A DNA stretch of 64,000 nt. It comes from an uncultured Patescibacteria group bacterium. Its GTDB lineage: Bacteria > Patescibacteriota > Patescibacteriia > Veblenbacterales > UBA10138. The DNA is taken from the NCBI GenBank assembly GCA_937929825.1, contig CALFUV010000012.1:44-64043 (forward strand), read 5' to 3'. Position numbers and translations under genes: made by a program. The notes below the pieces were generated by a model. The model made no database searches and was not told where the DNA came from. It worked only from the letters and a program-made list of their open reading frames with translations. Of the stretch, positions 1 through 10,420 are shown piece after piece (the first letter of the stretch is position 1; each line of letters opens with the position of its first letter).

Positions 1-215
1 CGTTTTTACCTTTTCTGTTTTTTCGTTTTCGGCCCCGCCGCCTGCCGAAAAAAACGCTCTTGGGTTTTCAGCAGGCGGAAAAAAGAAGAAATCTGAAGGA
101 AATGATTTTCATGGCCAAAAACCAAATTGAGAATGAAAACTATTTTACTTTTTATTCTATTTAAGAGAATTTATAGAAATAAAAAGATTAAACAGTTGTT
201 TATATGCATCAAAAA

Positions 216-252
216 TAAAAATGCTTTCCACGCCAAATGGAAAGTATTTTTA
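216..252. terminator. Intrinsic terminator-like hairpin immediately 3' of tRNA-Pro
   Basis: TAAAAATGCTTTCCA-CGCCAAA-TGGAAAGTATTTTTA inverted repeat with A/T tails. Confidence 0.6.
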
Positions 253-329
253 TGGTCGGGGTACTGGGACTCGAACCCAGAATCTCACGCACCCGAAGCG
301 TGCGCCTTAGCCAATTAGGCCATACCCCG
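253..329 (-). tRNA. tRNA-Pro(CGG), CCA encoded
   Basis: Reverse complement folds as a cloverleaf: CGGGGTA/TACCCCG acceptor, CACGC-TTCGGGT-GCGTG anticodon arm, TTCGAGT T-loop, ACCA end. Confidence 0.96.
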
Positions 330-385
330 ATATAACGCCTGAATAGTTTATACTAATTAAAAACTTCTGACAACTAACTTGGGGG

Positions 386-1366
386 TTAAAAAAACAAATT
401 CTTGCCTGCCTGCCAATAAACCGGCTCGCCTAAATTATCGCGGGCATAATACCACCATTCCACTCCCCACAAAAAAGCTTCACTAAAACCGGTTCTCCTG
501 AATAAATCAATATTTTTTTGAAACTTTTGCAGACTAAGTGATTTTTGAGCTTCAGCTAATGATAAGGTCTTTAAGCCTTGAGGCGCCCATGGCTCCAACT
601 GCAACTCGCTAACAACTACTTTTTTTACCCAAGGACTTACTAAACCTGCTTTCCAACGATAATAATAAGCCGGCCAAGGATAAGAAAAATAGCCAAAAGC
701 TGGGTTCCAAGTAACCCGATAAAGCGTAGTTCCAAGCTCTTCCGTTAAAACAGCGGTTTCCCACCAAAATGAAAGCTCACCTGAATCAGTTAGTAGAATA
801 GGTCTATCTGGATCAAGTTTTTGCAGTAATTTAATTGATTCTACTAAACGATGTTTATTTGGTGCCAAACATGTACCATAAGAAAAAAGAGGCTCATTTT
901 CCAACTGCCACCTGATTATAGCCGGCTCATAACGATAATGTTCAATCACCGTACGCAACATTTTAAAATGCAAATCTTTTATTTCGTCAATCCGCATATC
1001 AGCTAACCACGCCGGGTCGTGACATTCTGGCCAACGGGGTAATTTACGACCTATAGCCAAAGTAATAGTTGCTCCGGAATTTTTTGCCAAAGCTACTAAG
1101 GCATCTAGTTCCTGAAAATCAAAACGTCCTTTTTCAGGCTCAATTTCATTCCAATTAGCTTGTAAACGAAATTGTTTAGGTTGGTAGTCATTTATTATTT
1201 GTCGCATCAGTTCAAGTCCGTCGTAACCTAAATAACGGGCATGAGACGCTGAATAAGTGACTATATATTCAGGCTCACTGACAAAAGGCACCTTTTTTTC
1301 CATCACCACTCCAGTGATCAACAAAACTAAAAGCGGTAAAACAACAAGCCAAAAAATATATTTCAT
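386..1366 (-). CDS. Membrane-anchored clan GH-A glycoside hydrolase (GH5/GH42-like TIM barrel)
   Basis: N-terminal TM helix; WNEIEPEKGRFDF, WQLENEP acid/base motif, SELQLEPW nucleophile region. Confidence 0.75.
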   Translation of the reverse strand: MKYIFWLVVLPLLVLLITGVVMEKKVPFVSEPEYIVTYSASHARYLGYDGLELMRQIINDYQPKQFRLQANWNEIEPEKGRFDFQELDALVALAKNSGATITLAIGRKLPRWPECHDPAWLADMRIDEIKDLHFKMLRTVIEHYRYEPAIIRWQLENEPLFSYGTCLAPNKHRLVESIKLLQKLDPDRPILLTDSGELSFWWETAVLTEELGTTLYRVTWNPAFGYFSYPWPAYYYRWKAGLVSPWVKKVVVSELQLEPWAPQGLKTLSLAEAQKSLSLQKFQKNIDLFRRTGFSEAFLWGVEWWYYARDNLGEPVYWQAGKNLFF

Positions 1367-1423
1367 AATAAAATTAACAGCTAAATATATTTATAATTAA
1401 ACTAGTTATTAGTTATTTAGACA

Positions 1424-2320
1424 TTAAACATAACTCCAGCTTAACCACCATAAACCACCGGCAATAAAAATTATACCTATAATTTTTCGCACCAATACAT
1501 CTGACGATATTTCCTCGCGTAACAATTGAGGCCATTTATAAGATATCAACAAAGCTAAGACTAATATAAAAACATATTGCATACCTTGTAATGACTGCAC
1601 TAAGGTAACGCTGGCTAAAGATACAGCATAACTATTAAGCACCCCGGCTAAAGCCCCGGAAGCTTGCCCCGCTAAAAAACTGAATTTTATTCCGCCGCTA
1701 GTTTGCTTCACCATATGGCTGAATGACGATAGTGTGCCCGGCAGGAATAATAATAACAAACCGCTTAAAAAAGCGCCGGTACGCGAAAGAACTAAACCGG
1801 TAATAAAGCTTGTTTCCATAAAAGTCAGCTTTAAAAAAACAAAAGCCATACCAAAAATTGCACTGGAAAGAACAGCTAAACTTATTTGTTTTTTATTTAA
1901 ACCACCACGACCGCTAACCATCATAAAACCGCCTAAAACTAAAACCACAAAGGCCAAAAGCTGTTCTAAGGCAAGCCTTTCGCCTATTAACAAAAAAGAA
2001 ACAGCAAAAACAAACAAGGGATTAAGACTGCCTATATAGGCTGGCACGCGCGACGCTTCACCTGATTTAAGCACAGTAAACATTACCCATAAAGCGGCAG
2101 TAAAACACAAACCCGAAGCAAGTCCCCAGACCCAACCTATAAACGAAGGGGTTTGCCAGCCAAAGGGTACTAAAACTAAAGCTAATAAACCTAAGCATGA
2201 TATAGCAAAAGTATAAACCGCCGGGTTATCTAATCTTTCCCGACCTAATAACGATTTATCCACCAAAGCAACAAGGGCGTTAAAAAAATAACCAACTGAA
2301 GCCCAAATTAACCAAGTCAT
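1424..2320 (-). CDS. EamA/DMT-superfamily transporter
   Basis: About 10 hydrophobic segments in two repeats; GEASRV...PLFV...LIGERL signature. Confidence 0.8.
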   Translation of the reverse strand: MTWLIWASVGYFFNALVALVDKSLLGRERLDNPAVYTFAISCLGLLALVLVPFGWQTPSFIGWVWGLASGLCFTAALWVMFTVLKSGEASRVPAYIGSLNPLFVFAVSFLLIGERLALEQLLAFVVLVLGGFMMVSGRGGLNKKQISLAVLSSAIFGMAFVFLKLTFMETSFITGLVLSRTGAFLSGLLLLFLPGTLSSFSHMVKQTSGGIKFSFLAGQASGALAGVLNSYAVSLASVTLVQSLQGMQYVFILVLALLISYKWPQLLREEISSDVLVRKIIGIIFIAGGLWWLSWSYV

Positions 2321-2368
2321 ACCTTATAAGTTTACACTTGCTTTAGTTTCTTATCAAAACAAGATTAT

Positions 2369-3556
2369 TTAAATCCTCTCTTGACAAATAGCCGCGTATT
2401 CTTTAGCGGCCGGCCTTAAATATCGCTCCATAGTATTTCTATTAACTTCAACCAAACCAAATTTAGGTTTAAAACCCTTATCCCATTCAAAATTATCCAA
2501 CAAAGACCAGTAAAAATAACCTAATACCTGAACACCAGCCAGCCGCGCACGTTTAACAGCTTGCGTTGAATTTATAATAAATCTCTTTTGTTGTTCGTCG
2601 TTTTGGGCAGCCAAACCGTTTTCTGTCACATAAATAGGCAATTTGTATTCTTGATTTAAATTCAGTAAAATCTGTTCCAAACCTTCTGGATAAACTTCCC
2701 AACCTAAAGCTGAAACTTCTTTATGTAATTTTTTAGGATCAGCAAATTTTATCCAATCCCTACGCCAATTAAAGCCAAAACTGACACGTTGATGAAAATA
2801 ATAATTAACAGCCAAAAAATCGTGTTTGTCTTGGGTTAAATTAAGAACTAAACGATTCCAAAAATCATCAGCGCGTTTGACGGCTTTTTGGTCTAGAAAA
2901 GAATTTGATCTAAGAGGCACAAAAGAAAAATAATTATGCGGCAAACCAACCTGAGCGATTGGATAATGTTTGTGTATATAATCGTAAATAAAATTATGAA
3001 CCTTAGCCATATTCTGCAAGACTTTCATAAAACGAGGAGATGATTTAACCTGTGGCGGCCAATGTCCAAATAAATATGCCTCTGTAGCTAAAATCATAGG
3101 TTCATTAATAGTTAACCAACAATCTATATATTGACCATATTCCTTTATAACAAGTTGCAGATAGCGACCAAAAAAATCTAAGATTTTATAATTTTCCCAA
3201 CCTCCCTGCCTAGCTAGCCACGCCGGCAAAGTAAAATGATTGAGTGTTAAAAAAATTTTTATTTTTAACCGCCGCAATTCGGAAAAAACCTGATGATAAT
3301 GATCTATGGCCTCTTGATTAAAAAAACCCGGACTAGGTTCAAGTCTGGCCCACTCCAAAGACAAACGATGAGCGTTTTGATTAAGTTTGTAAGCTAAGGC
3401 AAAATCTTGCCTAAATAAATTATAATGATCAACTGCTCGACCACAAGATTCTAAATCAACCATCTTCTCCCACTCATACCAATCGCTCCAAATATTTCCC
3501 CCCTCAACCTGATAAGCCGACGTGGCGCTGCCCCAAAAAAACCGATTACCAAACAT
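2369..3556 (-). CDS. Glycoside hydrolase family 1 (beta-glucosidase-like)
   Basis: FFWGSATSAYQVEG, TINEP, VTENG, WSLLDNFEW motifs. Confidence 0.93.
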   Translation of the reverse strand: MFGNRFFWGSATSAYQVEGGNIWSDWYEWEKMVDLESCGRAVDHYNLFRQDFALAYKLNQNAHRLSLEWARLEPSPGFFNQEAIDHYHQVFSELRRLKIKIFLTLNHFTLPAWLARQGGWENYKILDFFGRYLQLVIKEYGQYIDCWLTINEPMILATEAYLFGHWPPQVKSSPRFMKVLQNMAKVHNFIYDYIHKHYPIAQVGLPHNYFSFVPLRSNSFLDQKAVKRADDFWNRLVLNLTQDKHDFLAVNYYFHQRVSFGFNWRRDWIKFADPKKLHKEVSALGWEVYPEGLEQILLNLNQEYKLPIYVTENGLAAQNDEQQKRFIINSTQAVKRARLAGVQVLGYFYWSLLDNFEWDKGFKPKFGLVEVNRNTMERYLRPAAKEYAAICQERI

Positions 3557-3570
3557 AATTTACTTAAACA

Positions 3571-4512
3571 TTAAACACCTCTAATAACAATTTGGGACAA
3601 TAAAAATAAACAATAAATACTAACCAATATCCACCCCTCACGAACACTTAAATGCTTGCCAGTATAAGATAAGCCTACAAAACCAATTAATAAAATTAAC
3701 ATAATACCCATAAACAAATAATATGAAAGATCAACTGTCATAGTTATAGGCACAGCAAAAGCTAACAAACCAACTATCAAAGAATTAGCAAAAGAACTAC
3801 CAACCAAATTGCCAAAAGAAATATCTCTTACCCCGCTACGCCACGAACGGAAAGCCAAGGTTATTTCAGGTAAATTCGTGCCTAAAGAAAAAAATACTAA
3901 GCCTACCCACCAAGGTGGCAAAATTAAACGCTTTATAAGAGGCAAAGAAATATCAAGTATTAATTTGGCTAATATCACCACTGCTATTAAACCTAAAATA
4001 GCATACAATAAAGAACGAAGATTTGACGAACCATCAACTACTTTTGTAACAGGAATACCTTTATAATTGACGTGAATAAAATAAAAAACACAAAAAATAT
4101 AACCAATCATTAAAATTAAACCATCAGCATTAGAAAGTTCTCCATCAAACATTAACCATAAAGGCAAGCTGATAAATAAGGCCATTAAACCAAGTTCACG
4201 GTGACGAAAACTTTCTGACACATCTAACCCCTTATTAACTACTGCGCTTAAACCGGCAATCAACCCGAGCATTACTAAAACTCCCCCCATTAAATTACCA
4301 AACGGCAACTGACCATAACCCTGCCAAGACGCTTTAAGCCCAATTACCAATTCAGGTATAGAAGTCAGTAAGCCAAGAATTAATCCCAACCAAAAATGAC
4401 GAATACCAAGATTGGTGCCTAATATTTTGGCATTGATAATTATGACATCAGCTGACTTGCCAATTAAATAAAAAAGACCGAGTAATATTATAATAGTAAT
4501 TATTATTTCCAT
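3571..4512 (-). CDS. Ca2+/Na+ antiporter (CaCA, YrbG-like)
   Basis: Two alpha repeats LTSIPE...GNLMG and GTNLPE...GNLVGS; start moved to the ATG at 4512 because the upstream extension covers a terminator. Confidence 0.85.
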   Translation of the reverse strand: MEIIITIIILLGLFYLIGKSADVIIINAKILGTNLGIRHFWLGLILGLLTSIPELVIGLKASWQGYGQLPFGNLMGGVLVMLGLIAGLSAVVNKGLDVSESFRHRELGLMALFISLPLWLMFDGELSNADGLILMIGYIFCVFYFIHVNYKGIPVTKVVDGSSNLRSLLYAILGLIAVVILAKLILDISLPLIKRLILPPWWVGLVFFSLGTNLPEITLAFRSWRSGVRDISFGNLVGSSFANSLIVGLLAFAVPITMTVDLSYYLFMGIMLILLIGFVGLSYTGKHLSVREGWILVSIYCLFLLSQIVIRGV

Positions 4513-4528
4513 GCCTACAGTATAACAC

Positions 4529-4560
4529 AGCCCCTTAGTTGCCATAGCAGCTAAGGGGCT
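4529..4560 (-). terminator. Hairpin downstream of hup
   Basis: AGCCCCTTAGTTGC-CATA-GCAGCTAAGGGGCT near-perfect 14-bp stem. Confidence 0.6.
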
Positions 4561-4609
4561 CAGGGTTGCTGTTACCAACAGTGGGCGACTGTTGAGAAAC
4601 AGGTGTTAA

Positions 4610-4894
4610 TTAGAGAATGGCATCTTTGGCAGCTTTGGCAACACGGAATTTGACCACGGTTTTGGCCGGGATCTTGATTGCCTCACCAGTAGCAGGATTG
4701 CGGCCCATGCGGGCGGCGCGCTGCTTTTTGATGAGCTTGCCAAGGCCAGGAATAGTAAATTCGCCAGCCTTCTTGGCCTCGCTGTAGGCCAGAGAAACCA
4801 GCTCTTCTACTACCATAGACACATCCTTGCGGCTGTGTCCGGTCTTTTCCGCCAAAGCAGCTAAGACCTGTGATTTACTCATACCTTTGGCCAT
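4610..4894 (-). CDS. hup: DNA-binding protein HU
   Basis: GLGKL...RAARMGRNPATGEAIKIPAKTVVKFR; AGGAG SD upstream. Confidence 0.93.
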   Translation of the reverse strand: MAKGMSKSQVLAALAEKTGHSRKDVSMVVEELVSLAYSEAKKAGEFTIPGLGKLIKKQRAARMGRNPATGEAIKIPAKTVVKFRVAKAAKDAIL

Positions 4895-5000
4895 ATGGGC
4901 TCCTCTCTATGGGTTAAATATTAGCATAGGCTAGTATAGCAAAACCTTGAAAATAAAGGAAATCCACAGGCCGACTTAGGCTGAATTAAACTAATTTATA

Positions 5001-5030
5001 TTGACAAGTTAAGCTTAACTAAGGTAAAAA
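5001..5030 (+). promoter_or_regulatory. Putative sigma70 promoter with a 14-bp palindrome in the spacer, upstream of the helicase
   Basis: TTGACA at 5001-5006 directly followed by perfect AGTTAAGCTTAACT (5007-5020); the -10 match is weak. Confidence 0.4.
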
Positions 5031-5076
5031 ACAATCAGAAATTAACAAAGTTTTTTAACAATTTAAGAGGCTAAAA

Positions 5077-6627
5077 ATGGCTGAAATTATAAACGAACCA
5101 ACTGTCTGGTCCTCTTTGGACTGGTCTCAATTATATGATAAAGATTTTGACAGAAACAAACAAAGGCGTATGACCAGTTTAAATACCCTTAACGCCTTAA
5201 AATTAGGGGAAAATGTAGCTATTGATGCTGATACCGGGGCCGGCAAAGCCATAATGGCCATCTTGATTCATCTGGCTATAGAATGGAACACATTATTTTT
5301 GGTGCCAACTGTAGAACTGGCTTATCAGCACCAAAAATTATATGAAAAATTAGTAGGCCATAAAAAAGGCGTACTGGTAATGACCGGTAATAAGACCCCC
5401 AAAAACCGGGCAAAATTATGGCAGGATAGATCTTTTAAACTGGTTTTAGCTACACCGCAAACCATCTTGAGTGATCTGAAAAATAAAACTTTTCCCACCG
5501 GACATTTCGCGCTGTTAATAATAGATGAATTTCATCATGCTCACGGAAGATATGCCTACGTGGCGATTGCCAGAGCGGCAAACAAAGCTGGTAGCTTAAT
5601 ACTTTCTCTTTCAGCTACCGGTAAAGATGAATTGGCTAAGGCTAATTGTTATGTGACTAAAACCATTAGAGCAGATATAAAAATGCCAACAAAAGATTTT
5701 GTCACTTCAGTGGTTAAACCAACAGAAAGTTTGGCTACAGCCGGACAATATTGTCAAGAACTTGTAGCTCTAACTATTGAAGAACTTAGTAATCTTGGTT
5801 TAATTACAAATAATACTAAAATACTCACAGAAGAAAAATTGAAAAATCTTGAATCGCTGGCTAAAAACCTACCCTACCCCACAGATAGGCAAGTATTTAA
5901 AATCATAGCCCGCTACCGATCTCTAACACACTTAAAGTCTGTTCTTTACACATGTTCGTACAAAAATTTCATTGAAGCGGCTGAAGAAATTTATTATAAA
6001 AAGGAATCCTATGCTAATTGGATTGCTAATAATGATATTTTCAATCAACTTTTATCGTTTGTACGAACAATAAAAGAGGAACACCCTATGGTGAAAGAAG
6101 CAATACGTTTAGCTAAATATCGATCTGAACAAGGAGACTCCTTCATTTTATTTGTAAACAACAAAAATGCTGGCCGGTATTTGGCTGAACAAATGAAAAA
6201 TTCTGGTTTAGCTGTGGACACGGCTTTTGGCGGAGCTGAACGTAAATATATTAAAGAAGTCAGGCGTAAAATTGAAACCAACCAACTCAATGGAATCATT
6301 GGTTCTTCGGCCATAACTGAAGGTGTGGCTCTGCCAAATGTGGACACGATAATTAACTATCATCGCCCACTAACCAAAGTGGAATGGACACAAAGAGCTG
6401 GGCGCGCAGGGCGAGGATTAAAGACCGGCTTAATCTTCTCCATTATTTTAAACTACCCAACTGAATGGGCTATGCACCAAAAAATCCAAGATAAACCAGA
6501 AAAAGAACCTGCTCTGCCTAAATCTAACACTATGTGGCTGTTTACACCGGAAGAAATGTTGCCAGCCAAAGTAAATCAAAAAAGAAATAATAAAAAAATC
6601 AATTTTAATTTAAGGGAGGAAAAATGA
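5077..6627 (+). CDS. SF2 DExH helicase, Hef/Mph1/FANCM-like, without nuclease domain
   Basis: ADTGAGK, LVPTVELAYQH, ATPQT, DEFHH, SAT, EGVALPNVD, QRAGRAGR motifs with a helical insert between the RecA domains. Confidence 0.82.
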   Translation: MAEIINEPTVWSSLDWSQLYDKDFDRNKQRRMTSLNTLNALKLGENVAIDADTGAGKAIMAILIHLAIEWNTLFLVPTVELAYQHQKLYEKLVGHKKGVLVMTGNKTPKNRAKLWQDRSFKLVLATPQTILSDLKNKTFPTGHFALLIIDEFHHAHGRYAYVAIARAANKAGSLILSLSATGKDELAKANCYVTKTIRADIKMPTKDFVTSVVKPTESLATAGQYCQELVALTIEELSNLGLITNNTKILTEEKLKNLESLAKNLPYPTDRQVFKIIARYRSLTHLKSVLYTCSYKNFIEAAEEIYYKKESYANWIANNDIFNQLLSFVRTIKEEHPMVKEAIRLAKYRSEQGDSFILFVNNKNAGRYLAEQMKNSGLAVDTAFGGAERKYIKEVRRKIETNQLNGIIGSSAITEGVALPNVDTIINYHRPLTKVEWTQRAGRAGRGLKTGLIFSIILNYPTEWAMHQKIQDKPEKEPALPKSNTMWLFTPEEMLPAKVNQKRNNKKINFNLREEK

Positions 6628-6953
6628 AAAATAAAACACGTTGGTTCATTAAAGCCATTGGCGAGTTTACCAATGGCGTTATAATGGATTGGCTTACTCG
6701 CAGCGGAGACCATCAAGATGGTATAGCGGCCCAAGAAATAATAATTCGCGGAAAAAAAGAAAAGGTTATAGAAGTTCCCTCTTACGATATTATTAAAAAT
6801 CTTTTTGAGAGCGCTAAAAGTACTCCTCTCAAATTCAAAATTTTTTTTATGCCACCGGGAGCTAAACATCCCGGACCATGGACATTAAAAGCCTTTCAAA
6901 AAAATAATTGCCAAAGTTTATTAAAAATTATCACCTCTCAAGCTAAACCTTGA
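6624..6953 (+). CDS. Hypothetical protein, translationally coupled to the helicase
   Basis: 109-aa ORF with ATGA overlap and a GGAGG SD inside the helicase 3' end. Confidence 0.75.
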   Translation: MKNKTRWFIKAIGEFTNGVIMDWLTRSGDHQDGIAAQEIIIRGKKEKVIEVPSYDIIKNLFESAKSTPLKFKIFFMPPGAKHPGPWTLKAFQKNNCQSLLKIITSQAKP

Positions 6954-6966
6954 GGGGTTTTATTTT
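6933..6966 (+). terminator. Intrinsic terminator of the helicase operon
   Basis: ACCTCTCAAG-CTAAAC-CTTGAGGGGT stem followed by a T-rich tail. Confidence 0.6.
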
Positions 6967-7487
6967 AATTTTAAAAATATATCATCGCAATCATATGAAT
7001 TCAATCCTTGACCATTGGGGCCAAAAGATAAAACTACTGATACTGAAGGCTCTTGAGCTATATTAGGACAATTCCTATAAGGCTGATAATCAGAATTTAA
7101 ATAATAAGAATTTCCCCATAAATCAATTACCCGATCAATATAAGGCCCATCCCACTTTTCCAAATCTTCTTCTAGCCACTTACAGCCATCGCCCTGATCG
7201 CCAATAACAGGCTTTTTTACCAATCCTGCTTGTATTGTATTTAATCTCACGGGCGGTAACTCTTTTTTAAAAGGTTCACAACCATTCGGCCATTTACCTG
7301 TATCTGACAATAACATAGCCAGCGCTTTACGCGCCTGCACTAAATCGGCTTGCGTCCGTGATTCTTGAGAATGTTGGCGAGAAATATCTAACTTAACCAA
7401 AATAAAAACCGAAATTATTCCTATTAAACCAACTACTATCAAAGCTTCAATAACAGTAAAACCATTATTATTACTTTTATTTACCAT
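6960..7487 (-). CDS. Type IV pilin / GspG-like pseudopilin
   Basis: G/FTVIE prepilin cleavage motif plus hydrophobic helix; WDGPYI, DLWGNSY, SFGPNG motifs; start refined to MVNKS. Confidence 0.85.
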   Translation of the reverse strand: MVNKSNNNGFTVIEALIVVGLIGIISVFILVKLDISRQHSQESRTQADLVQARKALAMLLSDTGKWPNGCEPFKKELPPVRLNTIQAGLVKKPVIGDQGDGCKWLEEDLEKWDGPYIDRVIDLWGNSYYLNSDYQPYRNCPNIAQEPSVSVVLSFGPNGQGLNSYDCDDIFLKLK

Positions 7488-7575
7488 TCTATAAAAATCT
7501 GAATTAAACTGTAACATATATAAGTTGATTAAAATAATCTATTGTCATCCAATTATTTGTAATTAATAATAAGCA

Positions 7576-8172
7576 TCAAAATTTTAAACTCTTAACCATA
7601 TGTTCAAAAATTTCCACAGCGGAATCATTAGCTGTTTTAGCTTTGCAAACTAAGCGATAAGTTTTATTATTATATTCCAATTGATATTCTATTAAGTATT
7701 TCTTTTCACCAGACATACCCACACGCTCACCAGCAAAACGATAGGCCGACTGATTAGCAACTACAGCTTCTGTTTTAAATAATCCTGAAACCGCCCCTTG
7801 GTAATCAACCAACGGCCTTTCTGAAATTTCAATTACTATCTGACCAAGATATTCACTATCTAAACCGGGTAATGGCTGAGGATCAGTAATGAAATAATCC
7901 ACTACCTGCGGATTATATTTTTTAATTTCATTAGCAATATAATGACGCCAATACCAATTAGCTGGTCGTAAAATATTATAACCTGCTGCCCTATTAGTAT
8001 ATATTACATAATTAAAATCTGTTGAATTATCACTAGATTCAGACTTACTAACTTGTTCTTTATTTTGGGGCCAAATTGGCTCAGGAACTTGAGGAGGGGT
8101 GGGAGAACAACGTGAACCGATTAAAAAAAATCCGGCTGCTGCTAGTATTAATATAAGTCGATAATAAACCAT
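7576..8172 (-). CDS. Exported (lipo)protein, PsbP-like fold suspected
   Basis: Signal peptide with Cys; YTNRAAGYNILRPANW and C-terminal FEHMVKSLKF pattern. Confidence 0.6.
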   Translation of the reverse strand: MVYYRLILILAAAGFFLIGSRCSPTPPQVPEPIWPQNKEQVSKSESSDNSTDFNYVIYTNRAAGYNILRPANWYWRHYIANEIKKYNPQVVDYFITDPQPLPGLDSEYLGQIVIEISERPLVDYQGAVSGLFKTEAVVANQSAYRFAGERVGMSGEKKYLIEYQLEYNNKTYRLVCKAKTANDSAVEIFEHMVKSLKF

Positions 8173-8217
8173 AAATGCTTATTATTATCTTAACAAAAAG
8201 GGTAAAAAAATTAAATG

Positions 8218-10407
8218 CTAATCAAATTTTTGACGCTTTAGTCGCAAACTATTACCCACCACTGAAACACTAGATGCCGCCATAGCCGCAGCTGCAATCA
8301 TAGGCGAAAGAATTCCTAAAGCGGCTAATGGCAAAGCCGCAACATTATAAATAAAAGCCCAAAATAAATTCTGTTTAATAGTGCGAAGGGTTTGTCGTGA
8401 AAGCTCAATAGCTTGTACTGCTTTCAAAGGATTGGATTGCATGAGCACAATGTTACCGGCTTCCATAGCCACATCAGTACCACCACCCATAGCTATACCC
8501 AAGTCAGCCTGAGCTAAAGCCGGCGCATCATTAATGCCGTCACCCACAAAGGCCACTCGCTTGCCTTGCTGTTGTAATTGTTTAACCACTACAATCTTAT
8601 CCTCTGGCAGAACTTCAGCTATTACTTGTTTAATACCTAACTGACGGGCCACAGCTTGAGCCGTACTTTTATTATCACCGGTAAGCATAATGGTATCTAT
8701 ATGTAATGTTTTTAATTTAATTATGGCGTCAGCCGCTTCGGGGCGTAGAGTGTCAGATACTGCCACCGCACCAGCCGGCTGATTATCAACTGCTACAACA
8801 AAAACCGTTTCGCCACGCTCTCGCCTAGTCATAACATACTCCTGTAAACTATCAAGATTCACACCATTACTCTGCAACCAATCTAAAGTACCTACTAAAA
8901 CTTTTTTATCACCGGCTTCCGTTTTAACTATGCCTGTCACACCCTTACCTGACTCTGATTTAAAATCAGATACCGGCCATAATTTAACATTTTTATTCTC
9001 TGCTGCCCGCCTGACCACCGCTTGCGCCAAAGGATGTTCAGAGCCATATTCCACACTGGCAGCTAAATTTAAAACATCATCTTTTTTAAAAACATCAATT
9101 ACCCAAATATCAATAACCTCAGGTTGGCCCTTAGTTAAAGTGCCGGTTTTATCAAAAATAACCACGTCCAATTTTTTGGCCCGCTCTAAAGCTTCTCCAT
9201 TTTTGACTAGAATTCCCAAACGAGCCCCCACACCCGTGCCTACCATAATGGCAGTCGGTGTTGCTAAACCTAAAGCACAGGGGCAAGCTATTACCAAAAC
9301 AGCCACCGCCGGTATAAAAGCGTTAGCCAAACTGCCACTATTTAGATACCAACCTAAAGCAGTAAAGATGGCAACACCTAAAACTATAGGCACGAAAATA
9401 CCGGAAATCCTATCGGCCAATTTTTGTATGGGCGCTTTCCTGGTTTGAGCCTCAACTACTAATTTGGTAATTTGGGATAAGACTGTGCCTTCACCCACCT
9501 TGGTTATGCCAACCTTAATAAAACCGTTGATATTTATGGAAGCGCCAAAAACATTCTCGCCCACACCTTTATCTACCGGCACAGATTCACCCGTTAACAT
9601 GCTCTCATCTATAGATGCTTGACCAGATAATATTTTCCCGTCGCTGGGTATCTTCTCGCCCGGCCGTACTGACACCACTTGTCCTACTGAAAGTTGTTCA
9701 ATCGGGATCTGCACCTCTCGCCCACCTTGAAGCACACGAGCGCTCTTAGCACCAAATTGCATAAGTTTAGTAATAGCAGCGCTGGCCTGACCTGTGCTTT
9801 TAGCTTCAAAATATTTTCCCAATAAGATTAAAGTAGTAATTATAACACCTGTTTCAAAATATAAATGAGGATCGCCTACTCCAAGCGACCAAAAACTATA
9901 GACTAAAGTGGCTAAGGTACCTAAAGATACTAAACTATCCATGCCGGGAGATAGACGCCTCATTTCTTTATACAAACCCAAATGAAAATTTCGTCCCAAA
10001 AACAAAACAACAAACATAGCTAAAATAGCCTGTAACCAAACAGATACAGGCCAACCAGCAATCATAGGCCCAATCATTATCTCACCCATAGCTAAAACCA
10101 CCACTGGTATTGCTAAAGCTAGAGCCCAAATTGCTTTTCGCTTGGCTAAAGTAATCTCAACTTGCAAGTGTTCCAAATGATTATGCTGACTAATCTCATG
10201 GCTCGGCACTTTATAGCCAGCCTTCTCCACTGCTTGATACAAATCATGTTCACTAGATTTAAGCTCGTCATATGTAACAGTAGCCTGCTTTAGGGCCAAA
10301 TTGACTGATACCTCGATAACGCCCGGCACATTTTTTAAATAATCTTCATTTAAGATCACACAAGAAGCACAATGCATCCCGCTAATAGGAAAAGTAATAG
10401 TTTTCAT
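8218..10407 (-). CDS. copA: Copper-translocating P1B-type ATPase
   Basis: GMHCASC HMA domain, [31 protein letters not shown] and MxxSS transmembrane motifs. Confidence 0.93.
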   Translation of the reverse strand: MKTITFPISGMHCASCVILNEDYLKNVPGVIEVSVNLALKQATVTYDELKSSEHDLYQAVEKAGYKVPSHEISQHNHLEHLQVEITLAKRKAIWALALAIPVVVLAMGEIMIGPMIAGWPVSVWLQAILAMFVVLFLGRNFHLGLYKEMRRLSPGMDSLVSLGTLATLVYSFWSLGVGDPHLYFETGVIITTLILLGKYFEAKSTGQASAAITKLMQFGAKSARVLQGGREVQIPIEQLSVGQVVSVRPGEKIPSDGKILSGQASIDESMLTGESVPVDKGVGENVFGASININGFIKVGITKVGEGTVLSQITKLVVEAQTRKAPIQKLADRISGIFVPIVLGVAIFTALGWYLNSGSLANAFIPAVAVLVIACPCALGLATPTAIMVGTGVGARLGILVKNGEALERAKKLDVVIFDKTGTLTKGQPEVIDIWVIDVFKKDDVLNLAASVEYGSEHPLAQAVVRRAAENKNVKLWPVSDFKSESGKGVTGIVKTEAGDKKVLVGTLDWLQSNGVNLDSLQEYVMTRRERGETVFVVAVDNQPAGAVAVSDTLRPEAADAIIKLKTLHIDTIMLTGDNKSTAQAVARQLGIKQVIAEVLPEDKIVVVKQLQQQGKRVAFVGDGINDAPALAQADLGIAMGGGTDVAMEAGNIVLMQSNPLKAVQAIELSRQTLRTIKQNLFWAFIYNVAALPLAALGILSPMIAAAAMAASSVSVVGNSLRLKRQKFD

Positions 10408-10420
10408 AAAATCTGTTAAT

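Noticed and set aside
127-318. 63-aa ORF on the plus strand
   Set aside because: Runs antisense through tRNA-Pro and its terminator; low-complexity AT-rich sequence
1403-1421. Short TAGTTATT tandem repeat
   Set aside because: Two 8-bp AT-rich units, expected by chance
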